A stretch of 64,000 nucleotides of DNA from Candidatus Marinacidobacterales bacterium. GTDB lineage: Bacteria; Acidobacteriota; Vicinamibacteria; Marinacidobacterales; DATDRI01. Positions 32,740 through 41,940 of this stretch are shown here, piece by piece (the stretch's first letter is position 1; every line of letters begins with the position of its first letter). The DNA lies in assembly GCA_965226495.1 (NCBI GenBank), contig OZ245365.1, forward strand, positions 4,864,001-4,928,000, written 5' to 3'. The notes below the pieces were generated by a model. The model ran no database searches, was not told the DNA's origin, and saw only the letters and a list, made by a program, of their open reading frames with translations. The position numbers and the translations under genes are program-made.

Positions 32740-32843
32740 TGGTACCGGGGGCGGGGATCGCCTGCCAAGCCGTAGCTCGCCAGTCAAGCCGCCGAGCGAA
32801 GGCTGGAACCCGCACGAGGTTTCCCTCAGGGGATTTTAAGTCC
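32740..32843 (-). pseudogene. Displaced 3' part of tRNA-Leu(TAA) (att copy) with a 46-bp insertion in the T-loop
   Basis: Matches 50801-50858 apart from one mismatch and the insert at 32760-32805. Confidence 0.88.
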
Positions 32844-32926
32844 TCTGACGGACCACTCTCGTCCACGCGGAGAGGCAACATGGCTTCAAGACGTGCATCA
32901 ATGAGTCACCGCGCTTCGCAACACCG

Positions 32927-33226
32927 TCATAGGAGATGTCGATATTTTCGTCGGCCGTGGAGGACTCGATAGATCCGAATCTGGCGTCGCAACACTTTGT
33001 AAAAGATCAGATACTCGTTCACTATGAGAACGCGGTAACCGCGAGCCCGAAGGACCTCGTCCTTTGACAGGACGCCACGCTCGGGCAACTTCGCCAAGGT
33101 CTCGATCCTGTCCAGGAGCGCGTTGACCAGCCGCTCCGCGGCCTTTGGGCGATCCCGCCGGACGTAGTCGCGAATCTCGTTGAGGTCCGCTTGGGCCCGG
33201 CGAAGAATCCGGACCGAGCGCGTCAT
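32927..33226 (-). CDS. RelE/ParE family type II toxin
   Basis: A-ADL-EI-DY...P-RG...YR...YLIFY...RVLHG. Overlaps the antitoxin. Confidence 0.9.
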   Translation of the reverse strand: MTRSVRILRRAQADLNEIRDYVRRDRPKAAERLVNALLDRIETLAKLPERGVLSKDEVLRARGYRVLIVNEYLIFYKVLRRQIRIYRVLHGRRKYRHLL

Positions 33227-33477
33227 CGCCTCAACAGTTTCCTCATCTTTGCCGGGCTCACACCCCTATCGCCGGCTCGGACGTCCTCTTCTGCTTCCCC
33301 CAGGAGGCGGTATAGTTCAAGACGAGCCTGATCGCGCTCGTACGTGGCGAGGCTCATGACAACCAAATCACCCTCCCCGTTTTTTGTGATAAAGACTGGC
33401 TCGCCTGTATCGTGGCAGACCTTCGAGATCTCGAGGCTTTTGTTTCGTAGGTCCGAGATGGGTCGTATTCGTGCCAT
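33223..33477 (-). CDS. Phd/YefM family antitoxin
   Basis: IRPISDLRN...EPVFITKNGEGDLVVMS motif. Confidence 0.92.
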   Translation of the reverse strand: MARIRPISDLRNKSLEISKVCHDTGEPVFITKNGEGDLVVMSLATYERDQARLELYRLLGEAEEDVRAGDRGVSPAKMRKLLRR

Positions 33478-33496
33478 GCGCGTCTCCTTTTTTAGG

Positions 33497-33530
33497 TTTC
33501 AGCATATCATAATTATGATAGGCCAACAAG
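33497..33530 (-). promoter_or_regulatory. TA operon promoter with palindromic operator
   Basis: Perfect 16-bp palindrome TATCATAATTATGATA (33505-33520) within a TTGTTG-17-TATGCT promoter-like arrangement on the minus strand. Confidence 0.65.
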
Positions 33531-33543
33531 AAGACTGTCTCGG

Positions 33544-34545
33544 CTACGGTTCGTGGGCGAGCGTGTTCGAGGGAAGCTCTCCGAAGCACTCCCTATAGGC
33601 TTTCGAAAAATCACCGACGTGCCAGAAGCCCCAGCGAAGTGCTTCCGTAGTTACCGTGGTCGAGTGGCGTGTCGCCTCTTTGAGAGATTTGTGAACGCGG
33701 TGAAGCCGCAGTCGCGTCAAGTAGGCCACCGGTGACATCCCGAGGACGTTTTGAAAAGCATAGCGAAGCGTGCGTTCACTGACGCTGAGGGCCTGACAAA
33801 GGTCCGTCAAGTGAATGCGTTCGTCGATATGTTCGAGGGAGTAGTCCTGTGCCCTCTTGACGAGTCGGCTGTGGTTGACTCGGGTGAGCTCGGCGTCGCG
33901 CGGAGGCACATCGCGAGTCGAGGCCAACACTTCGCCGAGCCTTTCGACGAGCTCCCGACGAACGCCATCGCGGACATGCAGGTTCTCTTCGAAGAGAATC
34001 GGGTTCTGCTCCGCGGAGCGCACCACGCTTCGTCCCCAGCGGTAGAGACTCCGCACGAGCCCGACGTCTCCGTCGAGGAAATGCGGGCCCACGTCTCGAG
34101 TCTGGATATGGCTTTCGACCTCGACGGGAGGAACGAGAAACATCATGGAGCGATAGTTGCTTCCTGCGACCACTTCAGTGCGTGCTCCCTCCTTGGCCGT
34201 TGCCAACAAGTCGGGTCGGATCTCTCGGCCGTCCAGCGTCCCTGTAGCGGAGGGAGAAAAAACCACAATGACCCGATAGGGGCCTGCGATTTGGCTCCGC
34301 GAGCGGCCAGGGTGCAATGCGAAGTGATAGGCCAACAAGCTCCCATCGAGGTCGACGACGACTCGTTTCACGAAAAGGCGCTCGGGGCCGAGCTGAACCC
34401 AGTCGAATCCCAGCTCCCGCAGAGCCTTCTCGGCATCCGCCGGGTCGGTCAGTTGGTGCACGCTGACCCGTCTCCTTGCCGGTTCTCCCCCCGCTTCGGA
34501 GGGCAGATCTCGCTTTGCCGAATTTCGATAGGCGGGGTCCGACAT
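33544..34545 (-). CDS. AraC family transcriptional regulator (EutR-like)
   Basis: C-terminal VSERTLRYAF...GMSP...WGFWH-G-FS--YR--FGELPS motif. Confidence 0.9.
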   Translation of the reverse strand: MSDPAYRNSAKRDLPSEAGGEPARRRVSVHQLTDPADAEKALRELGFDWVQLGPERLFVKRVVVDLDGSLLAYHFALHPGRSRSQIAGPYRVIVVFSPSATGTLDGREIRPDLLATAKEGARTEVVAGSNYRSMMFLVPPVEVESHIQTRDVGPHFLDGDVGLVRSLYRWGRSVVRSAEQNPILFEENLHVRDGVRRELVERLGEVLASTRDVPPRDAELTRVNHSRLVKRAQDYSLEHIDERIHLTDLCQALSVSERTLRYAFQNVLGMSPVAYLTRLRLHRVHKSLKEATRHSTTVTTEALRWGFWHVGDFSKAYRECFGELPSNTLAHEP

Positions 34546-34595
34546 GGTAGCTAGGCTAGGTGGGAGGTCTGGAGTTTGTCAAAGAGGTCCTGGCC

Positions 34596-35522
34596 ATGAA
34601 ACTTGAAGAAGTGGGCGACGACATCTACGCATGCGTTTCCGAGCGGACTGCTTCCGGGCATTCGAGCTCGGGGCTAATCGACACCGGCGGAGGCCTCGTG
34701 GTCGACACCCAATTCGACCTCGCGCACGCGCAGAGGATGCTTCAACTCTTCGGGCAGGTGTGGCGAACGCCACCTCGCCGCATCGTAAACACTCACCAAC
34801 ACCCCGCACATACGTGGGGAAACCAACTCTTTCCGAACGCCGAGATACTCGCGCATCGCCTTGCGCCAGGCCTTCGCGGGGAGCGCCCCGAAGAGATGCA
34901 GCGCCTCCGGGATGCCATCGACTCGCCTCACCCCGGCATCGCAGCCCGCGCGAGAGCGCTCGAAGAATTCGACTTTCACGGGATCGCGCCGAAGTCGGCC
35001 TCGATATTTTTCGACCAGCGACTCGTGCTGCGGCTCGACGGGACCGAGGTCCATTTCATTCACGCCGGGCCTTGCCATAGCCAGGGGGACACCCTCGTGC
35101 ATCTACCGGCCGAGAGCGTGCTGTTCACTGGAGATGTCGTGTGCAGAGACCTAACACCTCTCGTAACCGGAAGTTTCGAGAACTGGATTTCTTGGCTCGA
35201 TCGGATTGTCGAGCTCGGTCCGGAAGTGGTCGTTCCCGGACACGGTCCCGTCTGTGGCATCGAAGGGGTGATGGATGCCAAGGCCTATCTCAGCTACGTG
35301 TGGCTCGAGTCGAAGCGGCACTTTGAGGCGGGGCGTACCGCGATGGAAGCGGCGAGGCGATTCGAGCTCGGGGCTTTCGCAGCTTGGGCCGAGCCTGAAC
35401 GGCTTTTTTTCAACGTGGAGCACGCATTTCGAGAGTTGGGGGGAGGCAAGGCGACAACCGATGCTTCGGCCTCGCTCCAAGAGCCGTGGGAACTCGCGCA
35501 ATTTTGGCAGTCACTTCGATGA
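34596..35522 (+). CDS. MBL-fold hydrolase (cyclase-like), divergent from AraC
   Basis: VDTQ, NTHQHPAHTWGN (canonical Asp replaced), HSQGD, TGD and VPGHG motifs. Confidence 0.82.
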   Translation: MKLEEVGDDIYACVSERTASGHSSSGLIDTGGGLVVDTQFDLAHAQRMLQLFGQVWRTPPRRIVNTHQHPAHTWGNQLFPNAEILAHRLAPGLRGERPEEMQRLRDAIDSPHPGIAARARALEEFDFHGIAPKSASIFFDQRLVLRLDGTEVHFIHAGPCHSQGDTLVHLPAESVLFTGDVVCRDLTPLVTGSFENWISWLDRIVELGPEVVVPGHGPVCGIEGVMDAKAYLSYVWLESKRHFEAGRTAMEAARRFELGAFAAWAEPERLFFNVEHAFRELGGGKATTDASASLQEPWELAQFWQSLR

Positions 35523-35574
35523 ACCCGGTAAAATTCTAGGGGAAGTTGACGGAGACGGAATCAAAGGAGTGAAC

Positions 35575-37356
35575 ATGGAACACAATGCACGATCCTTCTG
35601 GGGCGTCGTAGTACTCGCGTTAGCGATGTCGACCGCGGCCTTGTCCGCCGACGAGCGACCCAACATCGTGATCATTCTGGCGGATGACATGGGCTACTCG
35701 GACATGGGCTCGTTCGGTAGTGAGATCCAAACACCGAACCTCGACGCCCTGGCACAAGAAGGCGTGCGCTTTACTCAGTTCTACACGCACGCGAGCTGTT
35801 CTCCGACACGCTCGATGCTGCTCTCTGGGACGGATACACATGTCAATGGACTCGGCAACATGGACGAGTGGACCGCGCCCAACCAAGTAGGGGTGGCGGG
35901 CTACGAAGGCTACCTTAACGACGCCGTCGTGACGCTGCCACAGCTTCTTAAAGATTCGGGATACCACACCTACATGACGGGTAAGTGGCACATGGGTAAA
36001 GCGCCCGACAAGATTCCCCGCGCCCGCGGCTTCGAGCGCGATTTCAGTCTTCTCGACGGCGGCGGCAACTACTGGGACATGAAGAACGTGACCGCCCTCT
36101 CGCCTCGATTGGTGTTTACCGAAGACGGATTCTACCTGAGCAAGCTTCCCGAGGACTACTACGCCACCAAGACCTACACCGACAAGATGATTGGGTTCAT
36201 CGAGGCGAACCGCGGCGACGACCAACCGTTCTTCGCCTACGTGGCGCATCAGGCACCCCACGACCCCTACCATTTGCCGCGGGAGTGGCGTCGCCGGCAC
36301 GTCGGGGAGTACGACAAGGGGTGGGACGCGGTGCGACGCGAGCGTCTTCAACGACAGATCGAGCTCGGCATCGTGGCCAAGGACACCGAGCTTGCCGAGC
36401 GCATGTGGTTCGTTCCCGACCCCACCGTCCTCGCGCCGGCACCTCGTGCATTACTCGGCATGAAAATGGAGCTTTATGCGGGGATGATGGAGAACCTCGA
36501 CCATCACGTCGGGCGGCTCATCGACTACCTGAAGTCGATCGACGAGTACGAGAACACGATCTTCATCGTTTTCGGTGACAACGGCGCCGAGGGGGCAGAT
36601 CTCTTCGAGATGATCGCGGGCACACCGGGCACTTTGAACTCTCTCTCCGCCGCGATCAACTGGTCCCAAACGCACCCCAAGGCCTGGGGCGACCCGGGCT
36701 CGTTCGTCGGCTACGGGCCCATGTGGGCTCAGGTATCGATGACGCCTTTCAGCCAGTACAAGGGTTGGCTCGCCGAAGGAGGGATTCGTAACGCCCTTAT
36801 CGTGAGCGGGCCGGTGACAAAACGCCCCGCGGGGAGTATTCACCAAGCCGTCATGCACGTCGGCGACATCATGCCCACGCTGCTCGAGATCGCGGGTGCC
36901 GAGTATCCCGAGACGCACAATGGACGCCGGACGCCGCCCCTAATCGGCACGTCATGGAATCGGCTGCTCGCCGGAGATGTCGATTCGGTTCGGAACGACG
37001 AGGACTATCTGGCCTGGGAGCTCTTCGGAAACCGTGCCGTGCGTCAGGGAAATTGGAAGCTGCGGTGGCAGTGGAAGCCGTACGGAAAGGGCGATTGGGA
37101 GCTTTTTGACTTGGCTTCCGACCCCGGCGAGCGCAAGGACCTGGCCTCGGAGCGGCCGGAGCAAGCGGCCGCCTTGCTCGAGAGCTGGGACGACTACGTC
37201 CGCGCGAACAACGTGATCCTTCCGAGCCGCTCCGTCTATGAGGGCTTGGAAGACCAGATGTCGCAGCGCTTCCCGAATGATCCAGGATATCCGCCGCTCA
37301 TCTACAAGCGGCAGTTCGTGCCGCCCTCCGACATGGTGAAGGAGCCGAAGAAATGA
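35575..37356 (+). CDS. Arylsulfatase (AtsA-like, Cys-type)
   Basis: ADDMGYSD, CSPTRSMLLSG (CxPxR), GKWHMG and APHDP motifs. Signal peptide. AGGAG RBS before 35575. Confidence 0.93.
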   Translation: MEHNARSFWGVVVLALAMSTAALSADERPNIVIILADDMGYSDMGSFGSEIQTPNLDALAQEGVRFTQFYTHASCSPTRSMLLSGTDTHVNGLGNMDEWTAPNQVGVAGYEGYLNDAVVTLPQLLKDSGYHTYMTGKWHMGKAPDKIPRARGFERDFSLLDGGGNYWDMKNVTALSPRLVFTEDGFYLSKLPEDYYATKTYTDKMIGFIEANRGDDQPFFAYVAHQAPHDPYHLPREWRRRHVGEYDKGWDAVRRERLQRQIELGIVAKDTELAERMWFVPDPTVLAPAPRALLGMKMELYAGMMENLDHHVGRLIDYLKSIDEYENTIFIVFGDNGAEGADLFEMIAGTPGTLNSLSAAINWSQTHPKAWGDPGSFVGYGPMWAQVSMTPFSQYKGWLAEGGIRNALIVSGPVTKRPAGSIHQAVMHVGDIMPTLLEIAGAEYPETHNGRRTPPLIGTSWNRLLAGDVDSVRNDEDYLAWELFGNRAVRQGNWKLRWQWKPYGKGDWELFDLASDPGERKDLASERPEQAAALLESWDDYVRANNVILPSRSVYEGLEDQMSQRFPNDPGYPPLIYKRQFVPPSDMVKEPKK

Positions 37357-38324
37357 ACCCAGTCCGAAGCATGCGATTAATTTTGGCGGTGGCGATCGCG
37401 TTCGTGGCGGTCGGGGCGACGCCTTCCTCCGCCCAAGTGCCGCCGCGCTTTTATTGGAAGAGCCTCATCGGCGGGCACGCGGTGCCGGTCATCGGCATGT
37501 CGATGGGCGGCAACGCAAACCCCATCGACCCAGCGCATACCGTGGTCCCGGAAGCGAGCTTCGAGGCCACCGTGGCCCTCGCCGGCTACGCCCATATCTT
37601 TACCCTTTTTGATCGGTCCGCCATGGCGGCGGTGCTCGTTCCCATGGGGCGACTCTCGGGTGACGGGTCGATCTTCGGCCGCACGTTCGGCGAAGACGCC
37701 AGCGGCTTCGGCGATCCGCTGTTCGAGATCGACCTCAACCTCATCGGCCCCGAGCCCATCCGGAACATCCCCGATCTCATCCGCTACGAACCTGGCTTCT
37801 CCCTCGATGTTCTCGCCGACCTGGCTTTTCCTATCGGCGAGTACGACAGCGAAGAACCGCTGAACCTCGGCCAGAACCGTTGGTATGGCCGCGTCGGCGC
37901 CCCCATCGTATGGCAGCTCGGACCGTGGATCCCCGGCCGCCGGACCACCGTAGAGTTGCTACCCTCGGTGTGGCTTTTCGGCGACAACGATGACTTCGTG
38001 GGTCGCAACCTCTCCACCGATCCTATGTTTCAGCTCGACGCTCACTTGACGCGTGATTTGGTCGAGCAGTTCTGGGCTTCGTTCGATGTGACCTGGGTGA
38101 CCGGCGGCCAAGCCAGCCTCGATGGCGTCACGGGTGAGAAGATCGACAACCTCGGGGTCGGTCTCACGCTCGGTTACCAGCTCAATGACAACCTGCAGGT
38201 CACTGCAGGCTACATGGCCACGGTGAACGACGGTGAGCCCACTGACTTGCGCATGGACCGGTTCCGAGTCTCGCTGGTCTTCGGCTGGCACCCGCTCGTC
38301 GAAGGCATGAAGCGGCTCGAGTGA
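37353..38324 (+). CDS. Outer-membrane beta-barrel of the SphA/Phenol_MetA-like transporter family
   Basis: SGFGDP and P-GEYD...LNLGQNRW motifs. Signal peptide. Confidence 0.8.
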   Translation: MNPVRSMRLILAVAIAFVAVGATPSSAQVPPRFYWKSLIGGHAVPVIGMSMGGNANPIDPAHTVVPEASFEATVALAGYAHIFTLFDRSAMAAVLVPMGRLSGDGSIFGRTFGEDASGFGDPLFEIDLNLIGPEPIRNIPDLIRYEPGFSLDVLADLAFPIGEYDSEEPLNLGQNRWYGRVGAPIVWQLGPWIPGRRTTVELLPSVWLFGDNDDFVGRNLSTDPMFQLDAHLTRDLVEQFWASFDVTWVTGGQASLDGVTGEKIDNLGVGLTLGYQLNDNLQVTAGYMATVNDGEPTDLRMDRFRVSLVFGWHPLVEGMKRLE

Positions 38325-39067
38325 GCCGTGACGGCATGAGGCGCACACTCGTGCTGGTCCCGCTGCTCATTGGAAGTATCGCGCAGGCCCAAGATCAGGA
38401 GGACTCGGCACAGTTCTGGGGAACCGCGGTTTTTGGCTTCCCCAAGGGTGACCGCCTCCTTGCCGAGATCCGCACCCAGGCGAAGACACAATACTCGGGG
38501 GCTGAGACGTGGCGAGACCTTGAGGTAACTCCGGTCGTCGAGTACTACCCGAATCGATGGCTAGATGTCGTCGGCGAAGCGACCTTCGGCTGGACCCGAC
38601 AGACGAGCGACGTGAGCACGGTCGAGCTCACGCCGAGACTCGGTGCGCGGTTTCATTTCCTGAGCAACGTCAGGACGATGCTCGATCGGAATCCTCTTGG
38701 CCGGGTCGCTGTCTCCGACCTCGTCCGCTTCGAGCAACGGAATTTCTGGTACTCCGACGGAAGCGCGAGCCACGAGACGCGGCTTCGCAATCGGGTCGGG
38801 CTCAAGGTCGCGCTCAACCACGCCGAGCTAAGCCGCGATGGCACGCTCTACTGGATCGCCGATTTCGAGTTCTTTGTGCCGCTGTCGGGTGACGTGCCGG
38901 AACGCTTCGCGAGTAAGCGGCGCACGCGGGCGGGCCTCGGCTATCGCCGGAATAATCGCTGGCGGTTCGAGGCTCTCTATATTCGTGACACGGCGCGGGA
39001 CACGACCGACGAGGAGTTCGACACCGCCGCCAACATTGTAAACGCGAGGATCAAGATTCTCTTTTAG
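38321..39067 (+). CDS. DUF2490-like outer-membrane beta-barrel protein
   Basis: RFEQR, RLRNR and R-RAGLGYR motifs. C-terminal Phe. Confidence 0.75.
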   Translation: MSRDGMRRTLVLVPLLIGSIAQAQDQEDSAQFWGTAVFGFPKGDRLLAEIRTQAKTQYSGAETWRDLEVTPVVEYYPNRWLDVVGEATFGWTRQTSDVSTVELTPRLGARFHFLSNVRTMLDRNPLGRVAVSDLVRFEQRNFWYSDGSASHETRLRNRVGLKVALNHAELSRDGTLYWIADFEFFVPLSGDVPERFASKRRTRAGLGYRRNNRWRFEALYIRDTARDTTDEEFDTAANIVNARIKILF

Positions 39068-39076
39068 GAGGCTCAG

Positions 39077-39832
39077 ATGTATCGAAAACTGTCTAAGAAT
39101 CGCCAGAAAAGAAGAGAGCAGGCCCCGAAGCTCACGACACACCAGCTTCGAGGATACCAAGTTCCAGTACTGGTCGCGTCGCTGGCACTCTCCTCCCTCG
39201 CCTTCGGCCAGCAAAAAGAAGAATTCGCTCAGGCCCAGAAAGAAAACGGCGCCGCTCTCAAGCAGTACACGTGGAAATCACGCACCGAGATGAAAATGAA
39301 GGGTGAATCGAAAAGCGTGAAGCTCGAGCAGGTACGCTACGACCTAGACGGCAAGCAACAGAAAACGGCTATCGGCGAGCCGCAGAAGCAACAGGCACAA
39401 CAGGGGGGCGGTGGTCGGCGTGGAGGAAGAATGAAAGCGAAGATGATCGAGAAGAAAAAAAAGGAGTTCGCCGAGCTCATGAAGACTCTTGGCCAGCTCG
39501 TTGCCTCCTACGCGCACCTGCCTCCAGACAAAATGCAAGCCTTCGCCCAAAACGCAACGATGGGACCCACTGAAGACGGTGGCGTAATGATCCAGGGCCT
39601 AAACGTCTTGCATCCAGGGGACACGATGAGGGTATGGATCGATCCCGCGAGCTACATGATGCGGCGCGTCGAGATCAACACGGCCTACGATAAGAACCCG
39701 GTGCACTTCGCAGGGGAGTTTCGCCCCGTCTCGGACGGACCGACCTATCCGGCACGGCTTGTGCTCGAGTATCCGGATGAGGAGGTCGAGCTCGTGATCG
39801 AGAACTACGATTACCAGAAAGTCGGGATGTAG
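39077..39832 (+). CDS. Hypothetical secreted protein
   Basis: 251-aa ORF with AGGAGG RBS, in the same run as the sulfatase cluster. Confidence 0.7.
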   Translation: MYRKLSKNRQKRREQAPKLTTHQLRGYQVPVLVASLALSSLAFGQQKEEFAQAQKENGAALKQYTWKSRTEMKMKGESKSVKLEQVRYDLDGKQQKTAIGEPQKQQAQQGGGGRRGGRMKAKMIEKKKKEFAELMKTLGQLVASYAHLPPDKMQAFAQNATMGPTEDGGVMIQGLNVLHPGDTMRVWIDPASYMMRRVEINTAYDKNPVHFAGEFRPVSDGPTYPARLVLEYPDEEVELVIENYDYQKVGM

Positions 39833-39933
39833 TCATGAAGACATATCGCTTCTCACCGATCCTCGCTTCGCTTCTTTTCGCCAGCGGCGCCCTCGCGCAG
39901 GAATCTCCACCGATCCATCCGAAAGTCGGAGGA

Positions 39934-40170
39934 CTATTGAAGGCGGCAGATGTGTGGATGATTCAGACTGGAGACGGCGCGGGCTTCTCGCTCGAATCGC
40001 TCTTTGAGTTGCGGGTTATCGGAAAGATGAGAGGGAAGGACTTTAATGGCGACCGTACGATCGAGTCGAGTGTCCTTGGCTTTGTAGACCTCACCCATGC
40101 CACCCGCACCGAGAGGTGCGAGGATTTCATAGGGACCCAGCTTAGTGCCGGGAGTTAATGACATGGCCAA
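39934..40170 (-). pseudogene. N-terminal fragment of a Hanks-type Ser/Thr protein kinase
   Basis: LGPYEILAPLGAGGMGEVYKAKDTRLDRTVAIKVLP...LNHPHIC, then truncation. Abuts a truncated + strand ORF start at 39835. Confidence 0.85.
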
Positions 40171-40519
40171 CCCTTTGAGCGTGAAAATAGCGCTCTACAG
40201 GCAAAAAATTCAACGGGGGCCGTCGGTCGCTCCCGGGAAGCCGTCAGCTCCTTACTTATGATCCCGGGCCAATGCCTTCCCCCGCTGGCTCGAGGATGCT
40301 ATTCTTCAGCTTCTTGAGCAGGGGAGAACGCAGCCACGGAGCGAAAATCCACCGGCATCGGAGGGCCACCCGCGATCAAAATCCCATCCCCTACTACGGC
40401 AAGCGTCGCTCGTCCGAGCTCTGGGACATGATAGTTCAGGGACGCACGGAAGAATTCCTCCGGGCAGGTCGTTCTAGCGGAGGACGCAATGGTGATCGAC
40501 ATCGCGTAAGGAGTGGATC

Positions 40520-41440
40520 ATGAGGAAAGAAAGACTATTGCCGATAGTGGTAGGTCTCTTACTCGCAGCCGCTTCGACGGCGCAGGACAGGTCGAAATAC
40601 TACACGAACCAGCATCCGGAGGAGTTCCTGCCGCTGGACTGGATTGCATTCTACGACGAGATCGATGCGAGCACGGCGGCGACCCGCAAGGAGTTTCCAC
40701 ATCACCTGGACTTGGCCTTCGGCAACGATCCCAAGCAGAAGCTGGATCTTTATCTTCCCAAGGAAAAGGCGGAGGGCGCTCCCACGTTCTTGTTCCTGCA
40801 CGGGGGCGGTATGCGCGAAGGGGACCGCGCCCATTACGGATACATCGCACGGCCATTTGCCGCCAACGGCATCATCACGGCCGTAGCTAGCTACCGGCTC
40901 GCCAGCAACGGATTCCAATATCCAGCGCAACCCGAAGATGCCGCCGCCGCGGTAGCCTGGATTCATAAGCATGTCGAGGAGTACGGAGGCGATCCGCAGC
41001 GCATCTACGTGGGGGGCCATTCGGCGGGCGCGCTTCTCGCCGCCTACCTTGGCGTGCAAGGCGCCTGGCGACAGAAAAAGGGAATACCAGACGGAGTGCT
41101 CAAGGGCATCGCACCGGTCAGCGCTCCCTACGACGGCGAAGATGCAGAGACGGAAGCGGAGATAGCGACGGCGCGTGTCGTTCGCCGGGCGGGGGAGGTC
41201 GATGCGTCCGTCCCAGATCCCGACAAACCCCCGCCCCGCGCGGTAGTGGCCGTCGGTTCCGTGGAAGCGTACGTAGACTCATCTCGGGAATTCGCCGACA
41301 AGTTGAGGGCCAAGGGCGTGGAGGCGGAGTTCCTCGTTTTAGAGGGCGAGGATCACGCCCAGACAGCACTATCCCTAGGCGATGAAGACAGCGAGCTCTT
41401 TCGCGCCGTGCTGAAGATGATTCAGATTCAGACTCCATGA
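40520..41440 (+). CDS. Secreted alpha/beta hydrolase (HSL-like esterase / kynurenine formamidase-like)
   Basis: LDLYLP, HGGG, YRL and GHSAG motifs. Confidence 0.88.
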   Translation: MRKERLLPIVVGLLLAAASTAQDRSKYYTNQHPEEFLPLDWIAFYDEIDASTAATRKEFPHHLDLAFGNDPKQKLDLYLPKEKAEGAPTFLFLHGGGMREGDRAHYGYIARPFAANGIITAVASYRLASNGFQYPAQPEDAAAAVAWIHKHVEEYGGDPQRIYVGGHSAGALLAAYLGVQGAWRQKKGIPDGVLKGIAPVSAPYDGEDAETEAEIATARVVRRAGEVDASVPDPDKPPPRAVVAVGSVEAYVDSSREFADKLRAKGVEAEFLVLEGEDHAQTALSLGDEDSELFRAVLKMIQIQTP

Positions 41441-41642
41441 CCGACTCGCGGCCGTGGTGCGAAGAATCCCCAACCTGCGCTGGTGGATCGTAGCCCTTCT
41501 TTTCCTGGCCACGGCCATCAGCTACATCGAATCGCTAGACCCTTGCGTCGTCGCGCCGACGTTGCGGGACGAGCTAATAGGGATCTCCAACTGCGGCTAA
41601 GCCCGCATCCTCTCCAGCTTTCTCCTGGCCTACGCGGTCATG
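41437..41642 (+). pseudogene. N-terminal fragment of an MFS (ExuT-like) transporter, garbled
   Basis: IPNLRWWIVALLFLATAISYI...VVAPTLRDEL...ILSSFLLAYAVM across shifted frames. Confidence 0.65.
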
Positions 41643-41940
41643 AAGGGGTAGTCTCTGTAACTTGGTACCGGGGGGGCGGCATTTCTAGAAGTACCTAAGC
41701 GGCGGTACCGGATTGGCGGGCGGCTGGCGGATGACGCTCGGTTACTCTACTGAATCCCCAACCTGCGCTGGTGGATCGTAGCCCTTCTTTTCCTGGCCAC
41801 GGCCATCAGCTACATCGAATCGTACCCTTGCGTCGTCCCGTCGAGCGGATCTCCAACGGCGATTTGAGCCATTTATCGTAAGGCCCAGCGGGGTAATGTT
41901 ACTCTACTTCGTATCCCGTCCGGACGGCGATTTGAGCCAT

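Larger units (their letters stand above)
32740..41662. mobile_element. Older genomic island downstream of tRNA-Leu, no integrase visible
   Basis: Bounded by the long tRNA copy at 32740 and the short att at 41662. TA pair at its edge, gene fragments inside. Confidence 0.65.

Noticed and set aside
32740-32843. Functional intron-containing tRNA
   Set aside because: The 5' part (acceptor strand and D-arm) is missing, so it is an att remnant.
33516-34339. Exact 15-bp repeat TGATAGGCCAACAAG at 33516 and 34325
   Set aside because: One copy lies within the AraC coding sequence and there is no element between them. Probably chance.
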